A stretch of 64,000 bases of DNA, taken from assembly GCA_963743355.1 (NCBI GenBank), contig CAVUPM010000001.1, positions 849,736 to 913,735 on the forward strand. Direction: 5' to 3'. The stretch comes from an uncultured Candidatus Rokubacteria bacterium. Lineage in GTDB: Bacteria; Methylomirabilota; Methylomirabilia; Rokubacteriales; CSP1-6. The position numbers were made by a program, and so were the translations under genes. Of the stretch, positions 35,253 through 45,772 are shown one piece after another (position 1 is the stretch's first letter; each line of letters begins with the position of its first letter). The notes beneath the pieces were generated by a model. The model did not search any database. It was not told the DNA's origin and saw only the letters and a program-made list of their open reading frames with translations.

Positions 35253-37450
35253 GCAGCGAGCGTCCCGGGGGCGAGGTGGCGCCGGAGGCGCCCCACGGTG
35301 ACGTCCTCGTCGGCGAGCAGTACTACATCCTCGCCTCCGAGGTCGCCGCCGACCTGCCCAAGCTCGTCCTCAAGCACGACGAGGCGTTCCTGGTCGCCAA
35401 CCGCCGTGGCGACCTGCCCAACCTGCCCCACACCGAGTTCGGCTTCTACGTGGACGGCACCCGGTTCCTGCGTCGGCTCGAGGTGCGCCTGCACGGGCAC
35501 CGGCCGCTCGTGCTCAGCGCCGGCGTCTCCGAGGACGCGGTGCAGGCCGCCGTCGACCTCACGAACCCCGACGTCGCGCTGGGGCCGCAGGTGCGGCTGC
35601 CGGGCCGGTCGCTGCGGATCGCCCGGCGGCTGACCGTGCATGGCTCGCAGCTCTACCAGCAGCTCATCGTCGAGGCCTTCAACCGGGACCCGCTCGACAT
35701 CTCGCTCACGCTGCACTTCGCCGCGGACTTCGTGGACGTCTTCGAGGTCCGCGGTCATCCGCGCGAGCAACGCGGCCGTGTCCTGCCGCCCGTGGTGGAC
35801 ACGGCCGCCGTGCGGCTGGCGTATCGCGGCCTCGACGACGTGACGCGGACCGCCACGTTGTCGTTCTCCCCGCGGCCCGACCGGCTGGACGAGACCGGCG
35901 CCGAGTACCACCTCACCCTGGCCCCGGGGGCCAGCGCCGAGCTGACCCTCGTGGTCAACGCGGCCGTCGAGCCGGAGCCGCCGCCGCCGGTGCTCGGCTA
36001 CGGCGAGGCGCTGCGTCGGCGCCGCGCCGTCACCGAGCGCCTGGATGGCGCCGAGGTCCGGAGCAATCACGACCTGTTCGAGGTGTGGGTCCAGCGCTCG
36101 CGCCGCGACCTCCACCTGCTCCTCACCGAGACGCCGGACGGCTTCGTGCCCTACGCCGGGATCCCCTGGTACGTGGCGGCGTTCGGGCGGGACGCGCTCA
36201 TCACGGCGCTGCAGGTGCTGCCCTTCGAGCCGGCCATCGCCGCCGGAACGCTGCGGTTCCTCGCCCGCCACGTCGGCCGTGTCGACGACGCCTTCACCGA
36301 TCAGGAGCCCGGCAAGATCATCCACGAGCTGCGCCGCGGCGAGATGGCCGCCTGCCGCGAGATCCCGTTCATCCCCTACTACGGCAGCGTCGACGCCACG
36401 CCGCTCTTCCTGATCTTGTTGTCCGAGTACTGGAAGTGGACGGCCGACGTCGCCCTGGCCCGGGAGCTGTGGCCGACGGCCGAGCGCGTGCTCGACTGGA
36501 TGCTGAGGTCGGCGGACGCCCACGGCGGCTACCTCACCTACGCCCGCCGCTCGGCGCGCGGCCTCGTCAACCAGGGCTGGAAGGACTCGCACGACGCGAT
36601 CATGCACGCCTCCGGGCACCTGGCCGAGCCGCCGATCGCGCTGGCCGAGGTGCAGGGCTACCAGTACGCGGCGCTGCTGGCCGCCGCCGAGATGGCCGAC
36701 GCGCTCGCCATCCGCGATCGGGGCCCCGCCTTGCGTGAGCGCGCCCGGCGGCTGCGCGACCGGTTCGAAGCCGACTTCTGGCTGCCCGACGAGGCGTACT
36801 ACGCCCTCGCGCTCGATCGCGCGGGGCAGCCCTGCCGCGTCATCACGTCGAACGCGGGCCACTTGCTGTGGACCCGCATCGTGAGCGACAGCCGCGCCCA
36901 CATCGTCGCCCGCCGGCTCATGGCCGACGACATGTTCACCGGCTGGGGCGTGCGCACGCTGGCCAGCGGCGAGCGCCTCTACAACCCGATGAGCTACCAC
37001 AACGGCTCGGTGTGGCCGCACGACACCGCCATCGCCGCGGTGGGCATGCGGCGCTACGGGCTGGTCGATCCCTTCATCACGCTGAGCACCGGCCTGTTCG
37101 AGGCGGTGCTGCAGTTCGAGAACATGCGCATGCCCGAGCTGTTCTGCGGCTTCTCGCGCGTGGACGGCTACGGCCCGACGCAGTATCCGGTGGCCTGCTC
37201 GCCCCAGGCGTGGGCGGCCGGCGTCGTCTTCATGCTGATCGCCTCGATGCTCGGCCTCAGCCCCGACGCCGCCGACAACCAGCTCACGCTCAACCGCCCC
37301 CGCCTCCCCGCCTGGCTCTCCTGGATCGAGCTCCGCAATCTCCAGCTCCGCTCCTCCCGCATGTCCCTCCGCGCCTCCCAGGGCCAGGACGGCGCCGCGA
37401 TCGAGATGCTCTCGCGCTCCGGAGACGCGGAGTTGGTCGTTCGTCGCTAG
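35249..37450 (+). CDS. Amylo-alpha-1,6-glucosidase/glycogen-debranching-like glycoside hydrolase
   Basis: AGIPWY..FGRD, PGKIIHE, YYGSVDATPLF, NQGWKDS, YHNGSVWPHD, PQAWA. Confidence 0.92.
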   Translation: MSSERPGGEVAPEAPHGDVLVGEQYYILASEVAADLPKLVLKHDEAFLVANRRGDLPNLPHTEFGFYVDGTRFLRRLEVRLHGHRPLVLSAGVSEDAVQAAVDLTNPDVALGPQVRLPGRSLRIARRLTVHGSQLYQQLIVEAFNRDPLDISLTLHFAADFVDVFEVRGHPREQRGRVLPPVVDTAAVRLAYRGLDDVTRTATLSFSPRPDRLDETGAEYHLTLAPGASAELTLVVNAAVEPEPPPPVLGYGEALRRRRAVTERLDGAEVRSNHDLFEVWVQRSRRDLHLLLTETPDGFVPYAGIPWYVAAFGRDALITALQVLPFEPAIAAGTLRFLARHVGRVDDAFTDQEPGKIIHELRRGEMAACREIPFIPYYGSVDATPLFLILLSEYWKWTADVALARELWPTAERVLDWMLRSADAHGGYLTYARRSARGLVNQGWKDSHDAIMHASGHLAEPPIALAEVQGYQYAALLAAAEMADALAIRDRGPALRERARRLRDRFEADFWLPDEAYYALALDRAGQPCRVITSNAGHLLWTRIVSDSRAHIVARRLMADDMFTGWGVRTLASGERLYNPMSYHNGSVWPHDTAIAAVGMRRYGLVDPFITLSTGLFEAVLQFENMRMPELFCGFSRVDGYGPTQYPVACSPQAWAAGVVFMLIASMLGLSPDAADNQLTLNRPRLPAWLSWIELRNLQLRSSRMSLRASQGQDGAAIEMLSRSGDAELVVRR

Positions 37451-37454
37451 GCGG

Positions 37455-37621
37455 CGGCTTGCGTCGCGGGCGGCGGGGGTCAGGGGTCCCCTGAGGTTCC
37501 GCGTGAGACCACCGGGTACGCGCAGGCGCGGTCGGAGCCTGGTCCTAGCCGGGGCGCTACACGATCGAAGCCAACGGAACCTCAGAAGACCCCTGACCCC
37601 CGCCGCCCGCGACGCGAGCCG
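37455..37621. repeat. Inverted-repeat element A (~47-bp arms)
   Basis: CGGCTTGCGTCGCGGGCGGCGGGGGTCAGGGGTC..CTGAGGTTCCG and its complement at 37575-37621. Confidence 0.75.
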
Positions 37622-37771
37622 GGAACGCCCGCAACGCGACCAACGACGCGCCAGCATCGGAGACGCGCCAGCATCGGCGGGCTTTGCCCGCCGCGTAAGA
37701 GGGGACACTGCCACGCAGCGGGACAGCGTCGATCGTCGTTGGGCGATGACCTACGCAAGATCGCGCGGGGA

Positions 37772-37928
37772 GGCGGAGACGGGGCGGGGTGTGGGGGTCG
37801 GCCGAGAGTCCGTTGGCCCGATCGTGGTTACGGCCCCGGCCCGGACCAGGCTCCGGCCTCGGCAGGCGCTGCGGGTCGTATCTCGCGGAATGGAGGCCGA
37901 CCCCCCACAGCCCGCCCCCGTCCCCGCC
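37772..37928. repeat. Inverted-repeat element B (~32-bp arms)
   Basis: GGCGGAGACGGGGCGGGGTGTGGGGGTCGGCC ... GGCCGACCCCCCACAGCCCGCCCCCGTCCCCGCC. Confidence 0.7.
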
Positions 37929-38024
37929 GTTTGAGGTGAACCGTGGTCGAGCGGAGGCTGGCGACGATTGACGGCTTGGGGGGTGGAGGCTAATCTCGGC
38001 AGCAGCGGGGGGAGGAGAGCGGAG

Positions 38025-39158
38025 ATGCATGTTGGGATGGCGGCGGTGTTTCAGAATCCGCAGCGGGGGCGGACGGATCGCGAGGTGTATCGGAGCGAGC
38101 TGAGGCTCGCGGATCTGGCGGAGCCGCTGGGGTTCGAGTCGGTCTGGGGGGTGGAGCATCACTTCACGGACTACACGATGTGCCCCGACGTGCTGCAGTT
38201 CCTCACGTACATGGCGGGGCGGACGCAGCGCGCGCAGCTCGGGTCCATGGTCGTCGTGCTGCCCTGGCACGATCCGATGCGGGCGGCCGAAGAGATCGCG
38301 ATGCTCGACAACATCTGCGACGGGCGGCTGATCCTGGGGCTCGGGCGTGGCGCCGCCAAGCTGGAGTTCGACGGCTTCCGGCTGTCGATGGACGAATCGC
38401 GCGCGCGCTTCGTGGAGTGCGCGGAGACGGTGCTGGGCGGGCTCGAGACCGGCTACTGCGAGTACGACGGCGCCTACGTGAAGCAGCCGCGCGCGGCCAT
38501 CCGGCCGGCGCCGTTCAAGTCGTTCCGCGGCCGCACCTACGCGGCGGCCGTCTCGCCCGAGTCGCTGCCGATCATGGCCAAGCTCGGCGTCGGCATCCTC
38601 ATCATCCCGCAGAAGCCGTGGCACGAGGTGGCCAAGGAGCTCGAGACCTATCGCGCCGTCTACCGCCAGGTGAACGGCGTCGACGCGCCACCGCCGATCT
38701 CGGCCGGCTGGACCTTCTGCGATCCGAGCGCCGAGCGGGCCAAGGCGATGGCGCGCCGCTACATCGGCGGCTACTACCAGACGGTGCTCGATCACTACCA
38801 GTTCGCCGGCGACCACCTGGCCAAGACCAAGGGCTACGAGTACTACGGCAAGATGACCGAGAAGATCGCCGAGTACGGCACCGACGCCGTCATCGACTAC
38901 TTCGTCAACCTCCAGGTCTCGGGCACGCCCGAGCAGTGCTACGAGCGCGTCGTCGACATCCACCGGCGCACCGGCAACAGCCACTACGTCGGCGTCTTCT
39001 CCTACGCCGGCATGCCGTACGACGAGGCCGAGCGCAACATGCGGCTCTTCGCGGCCGAAGTGATGCCGGCGCTGCGCACGCTCGCGCCGACACCGGCCGC
39101 CGCCCCCGAGCCCGTCGCCGCGACCGCCGGCAACGACGTCCGGGCGCTGGGCTTCTGA
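38025..39158 (+). CDS. LLM-class flavin-dependent oxidoreductase
   Basis: GFESVWGVEHHF, LPWHDPMRAAEE..MLD, GRL.LG.GRG; GGAG RBS. Confidence 0.92.
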   Translation: MHVGMAAVFQNPQRGRTDREVYRSELRLADLAEPLGFESVWGVEHHFTDYTMCPDVLQFLTYMAGRTQRAQLGSMVVVLPWHDPMRAAEEIAMLDNICDGRLILGLGRGAAKLEFDGFRLSMDESRARFVECAETVLGGLETGYCEYDGAYVKQPRAAIRPAPFKSFRGRTYAAAVSPESLPIMAKLGVGILIIPQKPWHEVAKELETYRAVYRQVNGVDAPPPISAGWTFCDPSAERAKAMARRYIGGYYQTVLDHYQFAGDHLAKTKGYEYYGKMTEKIAEYGTDAVIDYFVNLQVSGTPEQCYERVVDIHRRTGNSHYVGVFSYAGMPYDEAERNMRLFAAEVMPALRTLAPTPAAAPEPVAATAGNDVRALGF

Positions 39159-39159
39159 C

Positions 39160-40002
39160 ATGGCCTTCGAGACGCTGCTCTACGATCAGGCCGACGGCGT
39201 GGCCACCATCACCCTCAACCGCCCCGAGCGGCTCAACGCCGTCAACACGGCCGTCATTCGCGAGCTGGTGGCGGCCTTCGATCAGGCCGACGGCGACGAC
39301 GGCGTGCGCGCGGTGATCGTCACCGGCGCCGGTCGCGCGTTCTGCGCGGGCGCCGACCTCGGGGGCGGCGGCCAGACCTTCGCCGGCGGCGGCGGCCGGA
39401 GCGAGCGCCCCGAGGACCATCGCGACGCCGGTGGGCTCGTCACGCTGCGGATCTTCGAGATGAAGAAGCCGGTGATCGGCGCCATCAACGGCCCCGCCGT
39501 CGGCTTCGGCGCCACCCTGACGCTCGCGATGGACGTCCGCCTCGCCTCCAGCGCGGCGAAGATCGGCTTCGTCTTCGCTCGGCGCGGTGTCGTGCCCGAG
39601 GCGTGTAGCACCTGGTTCCTGCCACGGCTGGTCGGCATCGCCCAGGCGGCCGAGTGGGCCTACACCGGCCGCGTGTTCTCGGCCGAGGAGGCGCGCGCGG
39701 GCGGGCTGGTCAGCCGTGTCGTGGCGCCCGACGCGCTGCTGCCGGCGGCGCGCGAGCTGGCGCGCGAGATCGCGGACAACACCTCGGCCGTCTCGGTGGC
39801 GCTGATCAGGCAGATGCTGTGGCGCATGCTCGGCGCCGATCATCCGCGGGAGGCGCATCGCCTCGACTCGCTCGGGATGTGGCACACCGGCCGCTCCGCC
39901 GACGCCCACGAGGGCGTCACCTCGTTTCTCGAGAAGCGGCCGCCGCGCTTCACAGGGAGGCCCAGCAAGGACATGCCGCCGTTCTATCCGTGGTGGTCAT
40001 GA
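39160..40002 (+). CDS. Enoyl-CoA hydratase/isomerase
   Basis: LNRPERLNA, AFCAGADL, AINGPAVG. Confidence 0.93.
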   Translation: MAFETLLYDQADGVATITLNRPERLNAVNTAVIRELVAAFDQADGDDGVRAVIVTGAGRAFCAGADLGGGGQTFAGGGGRSERPEDHRDAGGLVTLRIFEMKKPVIGAINGPAVGFGATLTLAMDVRLASSAAKIGFVFARRGVVPEACSTWFLPRLVGIAQAAEWAYTGRVFSAEEARAGGLVSRVVAPDALLPAARELAREIADNTSAVSVALIRQMLWRMLGADHPREAHRLDSLGMWHTGRSADAHEGVTSFLEKRPPRFTGRPSKDMPPFYPWWS

Positions 40003-40859
40003 TGACGACGCCGCTCAGCGTGCACCTGCCGTTCAATCGCGACATCCTCGGCGCCGAGTTCTCGCCGGCCAAGCGGGGCGACAAGCCCGCGAGCGAGCGG
40101 GGGCACTGGCTGCTCGTCCAGGGACAGAACCTCCTGGTCGTCCCCGACGGCGCCGGCTTCCGGTTGCCGAACGGCGACTGCCCCATCGCGCTCGGCGACG
40201 CGGCGCCGTTCTGGCTCGGTACCTACCGCGAGCAGCCGTGCTGGGTGGTCCCGGTCGCCGCCGACGCCGCGGTGCCCGAGGGGCTGGCCCGCGAGACGCT
40301 GATCCCCATGCGCGGCGCGCGCATTCCCGACGAGTTCCTCTCGCTGGGCGGCATGGCCATGCAGGCCCTCTGGTGGGAATCGACGAGCGGCCACTGCCCG
40401 CGCTGCGGCACGCCCACCACCCGCATCGAGAACGAGTGGGGCAAGCAGTGCCCGGGCTGCCGCTACGAGCACTATCCCCACCTGCACCCGGCCACCATCG
40501 TGCTGGTGCGCGACGGCGACCGCGTGCTGCTGACCCGCAAGGCCGACTGGGCGCCCGGACGCTACGCGCTGGTCGCCGGCTTCGTCGACAACGGCGAGTC
40601 GCTGGAGGGCTGCGTGGCGCGCGAGATCAAGGAAGAGGTCGGCGTGGACGTGAAGGACATCCGCTACGTCGGCAGCCAGAACTGGCCCTTCCCGAGCCAG
40701 ATGATGATCGGCTTCGTCGCCACCTACGCCGGCGGCGACGTCGTGGTCGACCGCGAGGAGCTGGACGACGCGCGGTGGTTCCCGTGCGGCGCGCTGCCGA
40801 ACCTACCGAGCCGTCACTCCATTTCGCGCTACATCATCGACCACTACGGGCAGCCCTGA
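39999..40859 (+). CDS. nudC: NAD(H) diphosphatase NudC
   Basis: CPRC..CPGC zinc finger, Nudix box GFVDNGESLEGCVAREIKEEVG, SQNWPFPSQ. Confidence 0.92.
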   Translation: MMTTPLSVHLPFNRDILGAEFSPAKRGDKPASERGHWLLVQGQNLLVVPDGAGFRLPNGDCPIALGDAAPFWLGTYREQPCWVVPVAADAAVPEGLARETLIPMRGARIPDEFLSLGGMAMQALWWESTSGHCPRCGTPTTRIENEWGKQCPGCRYEHYPHLHPATIVLVRDGDRVLLTRKADWAPGRYALVAGFVDNGESLEGCVAREIKEEVGVDVKDIRYVGSQNWPFPSQMMIGFVATYAGGDVVVDREELDDARWFPCGALPNLPSRHSISRYIIDHYGQP

Positions 40860-40871
40860 TCGGCGACGCCG

Positions 40872-41852
40872 CTACTCGATGACCTGGTCCGCTCGCAGGA
40901 GGAATGCCGGCGGGATCTTCAGGCCGAGGGCTCGGGCCGCCCTGAGGTTGACGACCAGCTCGAACGTCGTCGGCTGCTCGATGGGCAGATCAGCGGGCCG
41001 GACGCCCTTGAGGACCTTGTCGACGTAGAGGGCGGCGCGCCGGTACATGTGCACCAAGCTCGCGCCATAGAACATCAGACCACCGGCATCCACGAACTGC
41101 CGGTCGAAGTAGACGGCCGGCAGACGACGACGGGCCGCCAGCTCGACGATCGCCCTCCGCTCGGTGATGAACAGGACGTCCGTGAGCACCATGACCGCCT
41201 CGGCGCGCTCGTGGGCCATGGTGGCGAAGGCCGCCTCGAGCTCGCCAGGGCTGCGGGCTTCCAACACCTGGATCTTCAGTCCGAGATCTCGCGCGACACC
41301 CTCCCGCTCGGCCAGGAAGGGCCGCGTGTACGGCGCCCCCGGGTTCACGAGGACGGCGACGCGCTGGACACCCGGCACGGCCCCCTTGAGCGCCTCCAGT
41401 CGCTTCGCGCTCAGCTCCCAACCGAGCGCGGTCACGCCGGTCAGGTTGCCGCCGGGATGGGCGAGGCTGGTGACGATCCCGCCGCCGATCGGGTCACCGG
41501 TCGTCACCATCACGATCGGAATGGTCGTCGTCGCGTGCTTGGCGGCCAGGGCGCCGGGATTCGATCCGGTCAGGAGGACGTCGACCCCGTCCCGGACCAG
41601 CGAAGCCGCGAGCTGGGGCAGTCGATCGGCCCTGCCTTCGGCGAACCGACTGACGAGGCTGAAGCTCTGCCCCTCGACCCAGCCCAGCTCCTGCAGCGCC
41701 TGGCGAAACGCGTTCATGAACGGAGCGTCGACCTCGGCCGACAGCGGCGACAGCCGGCCGATCCGCGCCGTCTTCCCGGGCAGCTGCGCCCGGCCGACGT
41801 GCGGAGTGGCGAAGAGCGCGGCGGCGCCGGCGACAAAGGCCCGACGGAGCAT
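40872..41852 (-). CDS. ABC transporter substrate-binding protein (ABC_sub_bind family)
   Basis: IPIVM..DP..G.V.SLAHPGGN.TG, DLPIEQPTTFELVVNLRAARALGL. Confidence 0.9.
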   Translation of the reverse strand: MLRRAFVAGAAALFATPHVGRAQLPGKTARIGRLSPLSAEVDAPFMNAFRQALQELGWVEGQSFSLVSRFAEGRADRLPQLAASLVRDGVDVLLTGSNPGALAAKHATTTIPIVMVTTGDPIGGGIVTSLAHPGGNLTGVTALGWELSAKRLEALKGAVPGVQRVAVLVNPGAPYTRPFLAEREGVARDLGLKIQVLEARSPGELEAAFATMAHERAEAVMVLTDVLFITERRAIVELAARRRLPAVYFDRQFVDAGGLMFYGASLVHMYRRAALYVDKVLKGVRPADLPIEQPTTFELVVNLRAARALGLKIPPAFLLRADQVIE

Positions 41853-41856
41853 GGCG

Positions 41857-42381
41857 CTAAGCGCCGGCCGGAACGGGGAGCACGGCCCCGCAGCGCCGGC
41901 ACGTGCGCAGCGACTCGCTGGCGTTGAAGTGCTCGATGATGGCCTTCAGCTCCCGCTCGATGTCGGCGCAGGCGAAGCGCTCCTCGTAAAGAGTGGAACC
42001 ACAGCCCTCGCAGAACCACGCCAGCGCGTCCAGCTCGTCGGCGCGGCGCTTGCGCTCGATCACGAGCCCCCACGTGCCGGCCGGCCGGATCGGGCAGTGC
42101 GGGGTGCCGGCGCGTACCAGCATGGCCTCGCCCTCGCGCACGCGGACGTCGCGCATCCGGCCGTCGGCCTCGCGGCAGCGCACCGTGATGTCGCCCTGGA
42201 GCTGATAGAAGATCTCGTCGCCGGGATCGAGGTGAAAGTCGTTGCGCGCGTTGGGGCCGCGCACGATCTGGTAGATGAACTCGCTTTCGGGAAACACCTC
42301 CTTGTTCGCGACCGGGGGCACGAACACCGAGCGGTTCTGCTCGATCCAGCGCATCAGGTGAACAGGCTCCAGCTCGGCCAT
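41857..42381 (-). CDS. nbaC: 3-hydroxyanthranilate 3,4-dioxygenase
   Basis: PPVANK, GPNARNDFH, E.FYQ, PHCP.R, GLVIERKR, CEGC..CRRC. Confidence 0.88.
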   Translation of the reverse strand: MAELEPVHLMRWIEQNRSVFVPPVANKEVFPESEFIYQIVRGPNARNDFHLDPGDEIFYQLQGDITVRCREADGRMRDVRVREGEAMLVRAGTPHCPIRPAGTWGLVIERKRRADELDALAWFCEGCGSTLYEERFACADIERELKAIIEHFNASESLRTCRRCGAVLPVPAGA

Positions 42382-42401
42382 GGCGTGCGGCCTCCGGGCG
42401 C

Positions 42402-43523
42402 TCAGTGTACGCCGGGGCGCCGGGCGGCGAACGGCCACACGAGCTGTCGCAGCCAGCCATCCGGCACCGGCGGGCCCGCCAGTCCGTACGCCTCCGGCCA
42501 CCGCCCGTCCGGAAAGTAGCTGGTCCCGAACAGCCGGTCGATGATCGGCAGGTGAACGGCGAAGTTGCGGTCGACCGCTTCGGGGGCGGCGGCGTGGTGC
42601 CAGTGGTGGAAGCGCGGCGTGACGACCAGCCACTCGATCGGGCGGAACCGGAAGCGCACGTTGGCGTGGATGAACACCGCGTGGAACGACACGAACACGA
42701 GGTACGCGTAGACCGCCGGCGGCGAGAAGCCCAGGACGTACAGCGGAATGAACGACAGCCCGCGCGTCACCACGATGTCGACCAGGTGCAGCCGCGAGGA
42801 GGCCAGCCAGTCCAGAGCCGCCGCCGAGTGGTGGATCTCGTGGAAGCGCCAGAGCCAGGGCACCCGGTGGAACGCCCGGTGCACGACGTACTCGGCCAGG
42901 TCGGCGACGACGACGATCTCGACGAACTGCACGATGAGCGGCTGGGCCTGCACCGCCTGCTGCAGCCCCGGCCGCGCCGCCCACGCGAAGAACAGCGTCG
43001 CCGGCGCCAGCGTGAGCAGGACCGTCACCTGCACGAGCAGGTGGCTGGCCGCGAAGTGCGCCAGGTCGGTCGGCCAGCCGGGCCGGAAGATCGGCTGCGC
43101 GGGCAGCCGGGCGAACAGCCGTTCCATGGGCACGAAGAGCAGCGCCAGCACGAGCACGTTGAGGAGGAACCAGTCGAGGCCGAGATAGGCGGCGCCGCCG
43201 TCGGCATCGCCGACGGTGGCGCCGGAGCCGCCCAGCAGCGTCGCCGACGTCGCCAGCGCGAGCGCGGTAGTGCCGAGCTTCTTGGAGCGGCGCAGCAGCA
43301 CCGAGAGCGTCCCGAGCCCGAACCCGCCCACCAGGAAGGCGTAGATCAGGAAGCGCACGGCGCCGAGCGGGTAGTGGCCCCGCGCGTCGGGCGTGGTGAG
43401 CAGCCACGGAAAGAGCAGGCACAGCACGCCGCCGAAGGCGAGGGCGGCGAACGTCACCGCCAGCACGCCACTGATCCACCCCGCGCCGAACCGGGTGCCG
43501 GTGCCCTGGCCGAGCCCGCTCAC
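42402..43523 (-). CDS. Sterol desaturase/fatty-acid hydroxylase family protein
   Basis: HRAFH, HEIHH, HAN, HHWHH histidine boxes; multi-TM. Confidence 0.9.
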   Translation of the reverse strand: MSGLGQGTGTRFGAGWISGVLAVTFAALAFGGVLCLLFPWLLTTPDARGHYPLGAVRFLIYAFLVGGFGLGTLSVLLRRSKKLGTTALALATSATLLGGSGATVGDADGGAAYLGLDWFLLNVLVLALLFVPMERLFARLPAQPIFRPGWPTDLAHFAASHLLVQVTVLLTLAPATLFFAWAARPGLQQAVQAQPLIVQFVEIVVVADLAEYVVHRAFHRVPWLWRFHEIHHSAAALDWLASSRLHLVDIVVTRGLSFIPLYVLGFSPPAVYAYLVFVSFHAVFIHANVRFRFRPIEWLVVTPRFHHWHHAAAPEAVDRNFAVHLPIIDRLFGTSYFPDGRWPEAYGLAGPPVPDGWLRQLVWPFAARRPGVH

Positions 43524-44263
43524 GCGGCCGTATATCCTCCGTCCACCGGCAGCGCGACGCCGGTGACGAACGAGGCCTCGTCGCTCGCGAGGTACAGGAT
43601 GGCGGCGGCCACGTCGTCGACGTGGCCGAAGCGGCCGAGCGGATAGCGGGTGACCATCCGCGCGCGCCACGCCGGATCGGCCATCACCGACGCGGTCAGG
43701 GCCGTCTCGACGTGGCCGGGGCACACGCAGTTGACGCGGATGGCCGGCGCCCACTGCATGGCGAGCTGCCGCGTGAGGTTGGCGACGCCGCCCTTGGACG
43801 CCGCGTAGGCGGGCGACATCGAGCCGCCGACGACGCCGTAGATCGAGGCCAGGTTGGTGACGGTGCCGTGGCCGCCGGCGGCCAACGCCGCGCGGGCGGC
43901 GCGGGCCGGCAGCCAGGTGCCGGTGAGGTTGACGTCGACGACGCGACGCCACTCCTCCGCTGGCGGCAGCTCGCCGGCGGCGCTCGACACCCCCGCCGAG
44001 TTCACGAGTGTCGTCAGCGCCCCGAAGCGGGCGAGCGCGGCCTCCACCATCCGGGTGCAGGCCGCCTCGTCGGTGACGTCCGCCTGCAGCGCGAGCGCCT
44101 CACCGCCGGCGGCCGCGATGGCCTTCGCCGTCGCCTCCGCGTGGTCGCCGGCGCGATCGACGCACGCCACCCGCGCGCCCTCGGCGGCCAGGCGCAACGC
44201 CGTCGCCCGTCCGAGGCCCGAGCCGGCGCCCGTCACGATCGCGGTCTTGCCCCGCATACGCAT
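43520..44263 (-). CDS. SDR oxidoreductase
   Basis: [17 protein letters not shown]. Confidence 0.92.
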   Translation of the reverse strand: MRMRGKTAIVTGAGSGLGRATALRLAAEGARVACVDRAGDHAEATAKAIAAAGGEALALQADVTDEAACTRMVEAALARFGALTTLVNSAGVSSAAGELPPAEEWRRVVDVNLTGTWLPARAARAALAAGGHGTVTNLASIYGVVGGSMSPAYAASKGGVANLTRQLAMQWAPAIRVNCVCPGHVETALTASVMADPAWRARMVTRYPLGRFGHVDDVAAAILYLASDEASFVTGVALPVDGGYTAA

Positions 44264-44347
44264 CGAATCGCGCCTCCCACCGCCTGGAAATCGCCGGCCC
44301 GAGCCAGCCGCGACGAGGATACAATCCCGGGTGGCACGCACGCCAGG

Positions 44348-44428
44348 TGGCCGTGCGAGCCGCAGCCGAAGGCAAGGCGAGCCTGCAAACATGGCCGTGC
44401 GAGCCGGAGGCAAGGCGAGCCCGCAAAC
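44348..44428 (+). repeat. Two-copy tandem direct repeat upstream of the acyl-CoA dehydrogenase
   Basis: TGGCCGTGCGAGCCG..AGGCAAGGCGAGCCYGCAAAC twice. Confidence 0.7.
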
Positions 44429-44441
44429 GAGGAGACCGGCG

Positions 44442-45650
<1,209 letters not shown>

Positions 45651-45660
45651 AAAACCCGGC

Positions 45661-45735
45661 GGGGGCCTCGACGGCCCCCTCCGATGCCTCCCCCAGAGCA
45701 AAGACAGGATTGCGCCGGCCAAGCCGACGCTCGAA
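45661..45735 (+). repeat. REP-like dispersed repeat, copy 1
   Basis: GGGGGCCTCGACGGCCCCCTCCGATGCCTCCCCC..AGGATTGCGCCGGC..CGCTCGAA; inverted copy at 53917-53987. Confidence 0.75.
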
Positions 45736-45772
45736 GCGACGTGATTCCGGTAGACGGCGAGGAGGAGTTTCA

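Noticed and set aside
34206-37450. GT4 plus glycogen-debranching-like hydrolase as part of the N-glycan system
   Set aside because: It lies 15 kb away, is a commonly seen stand-alone pair, has no signal peptide and has no ALG-type motifs
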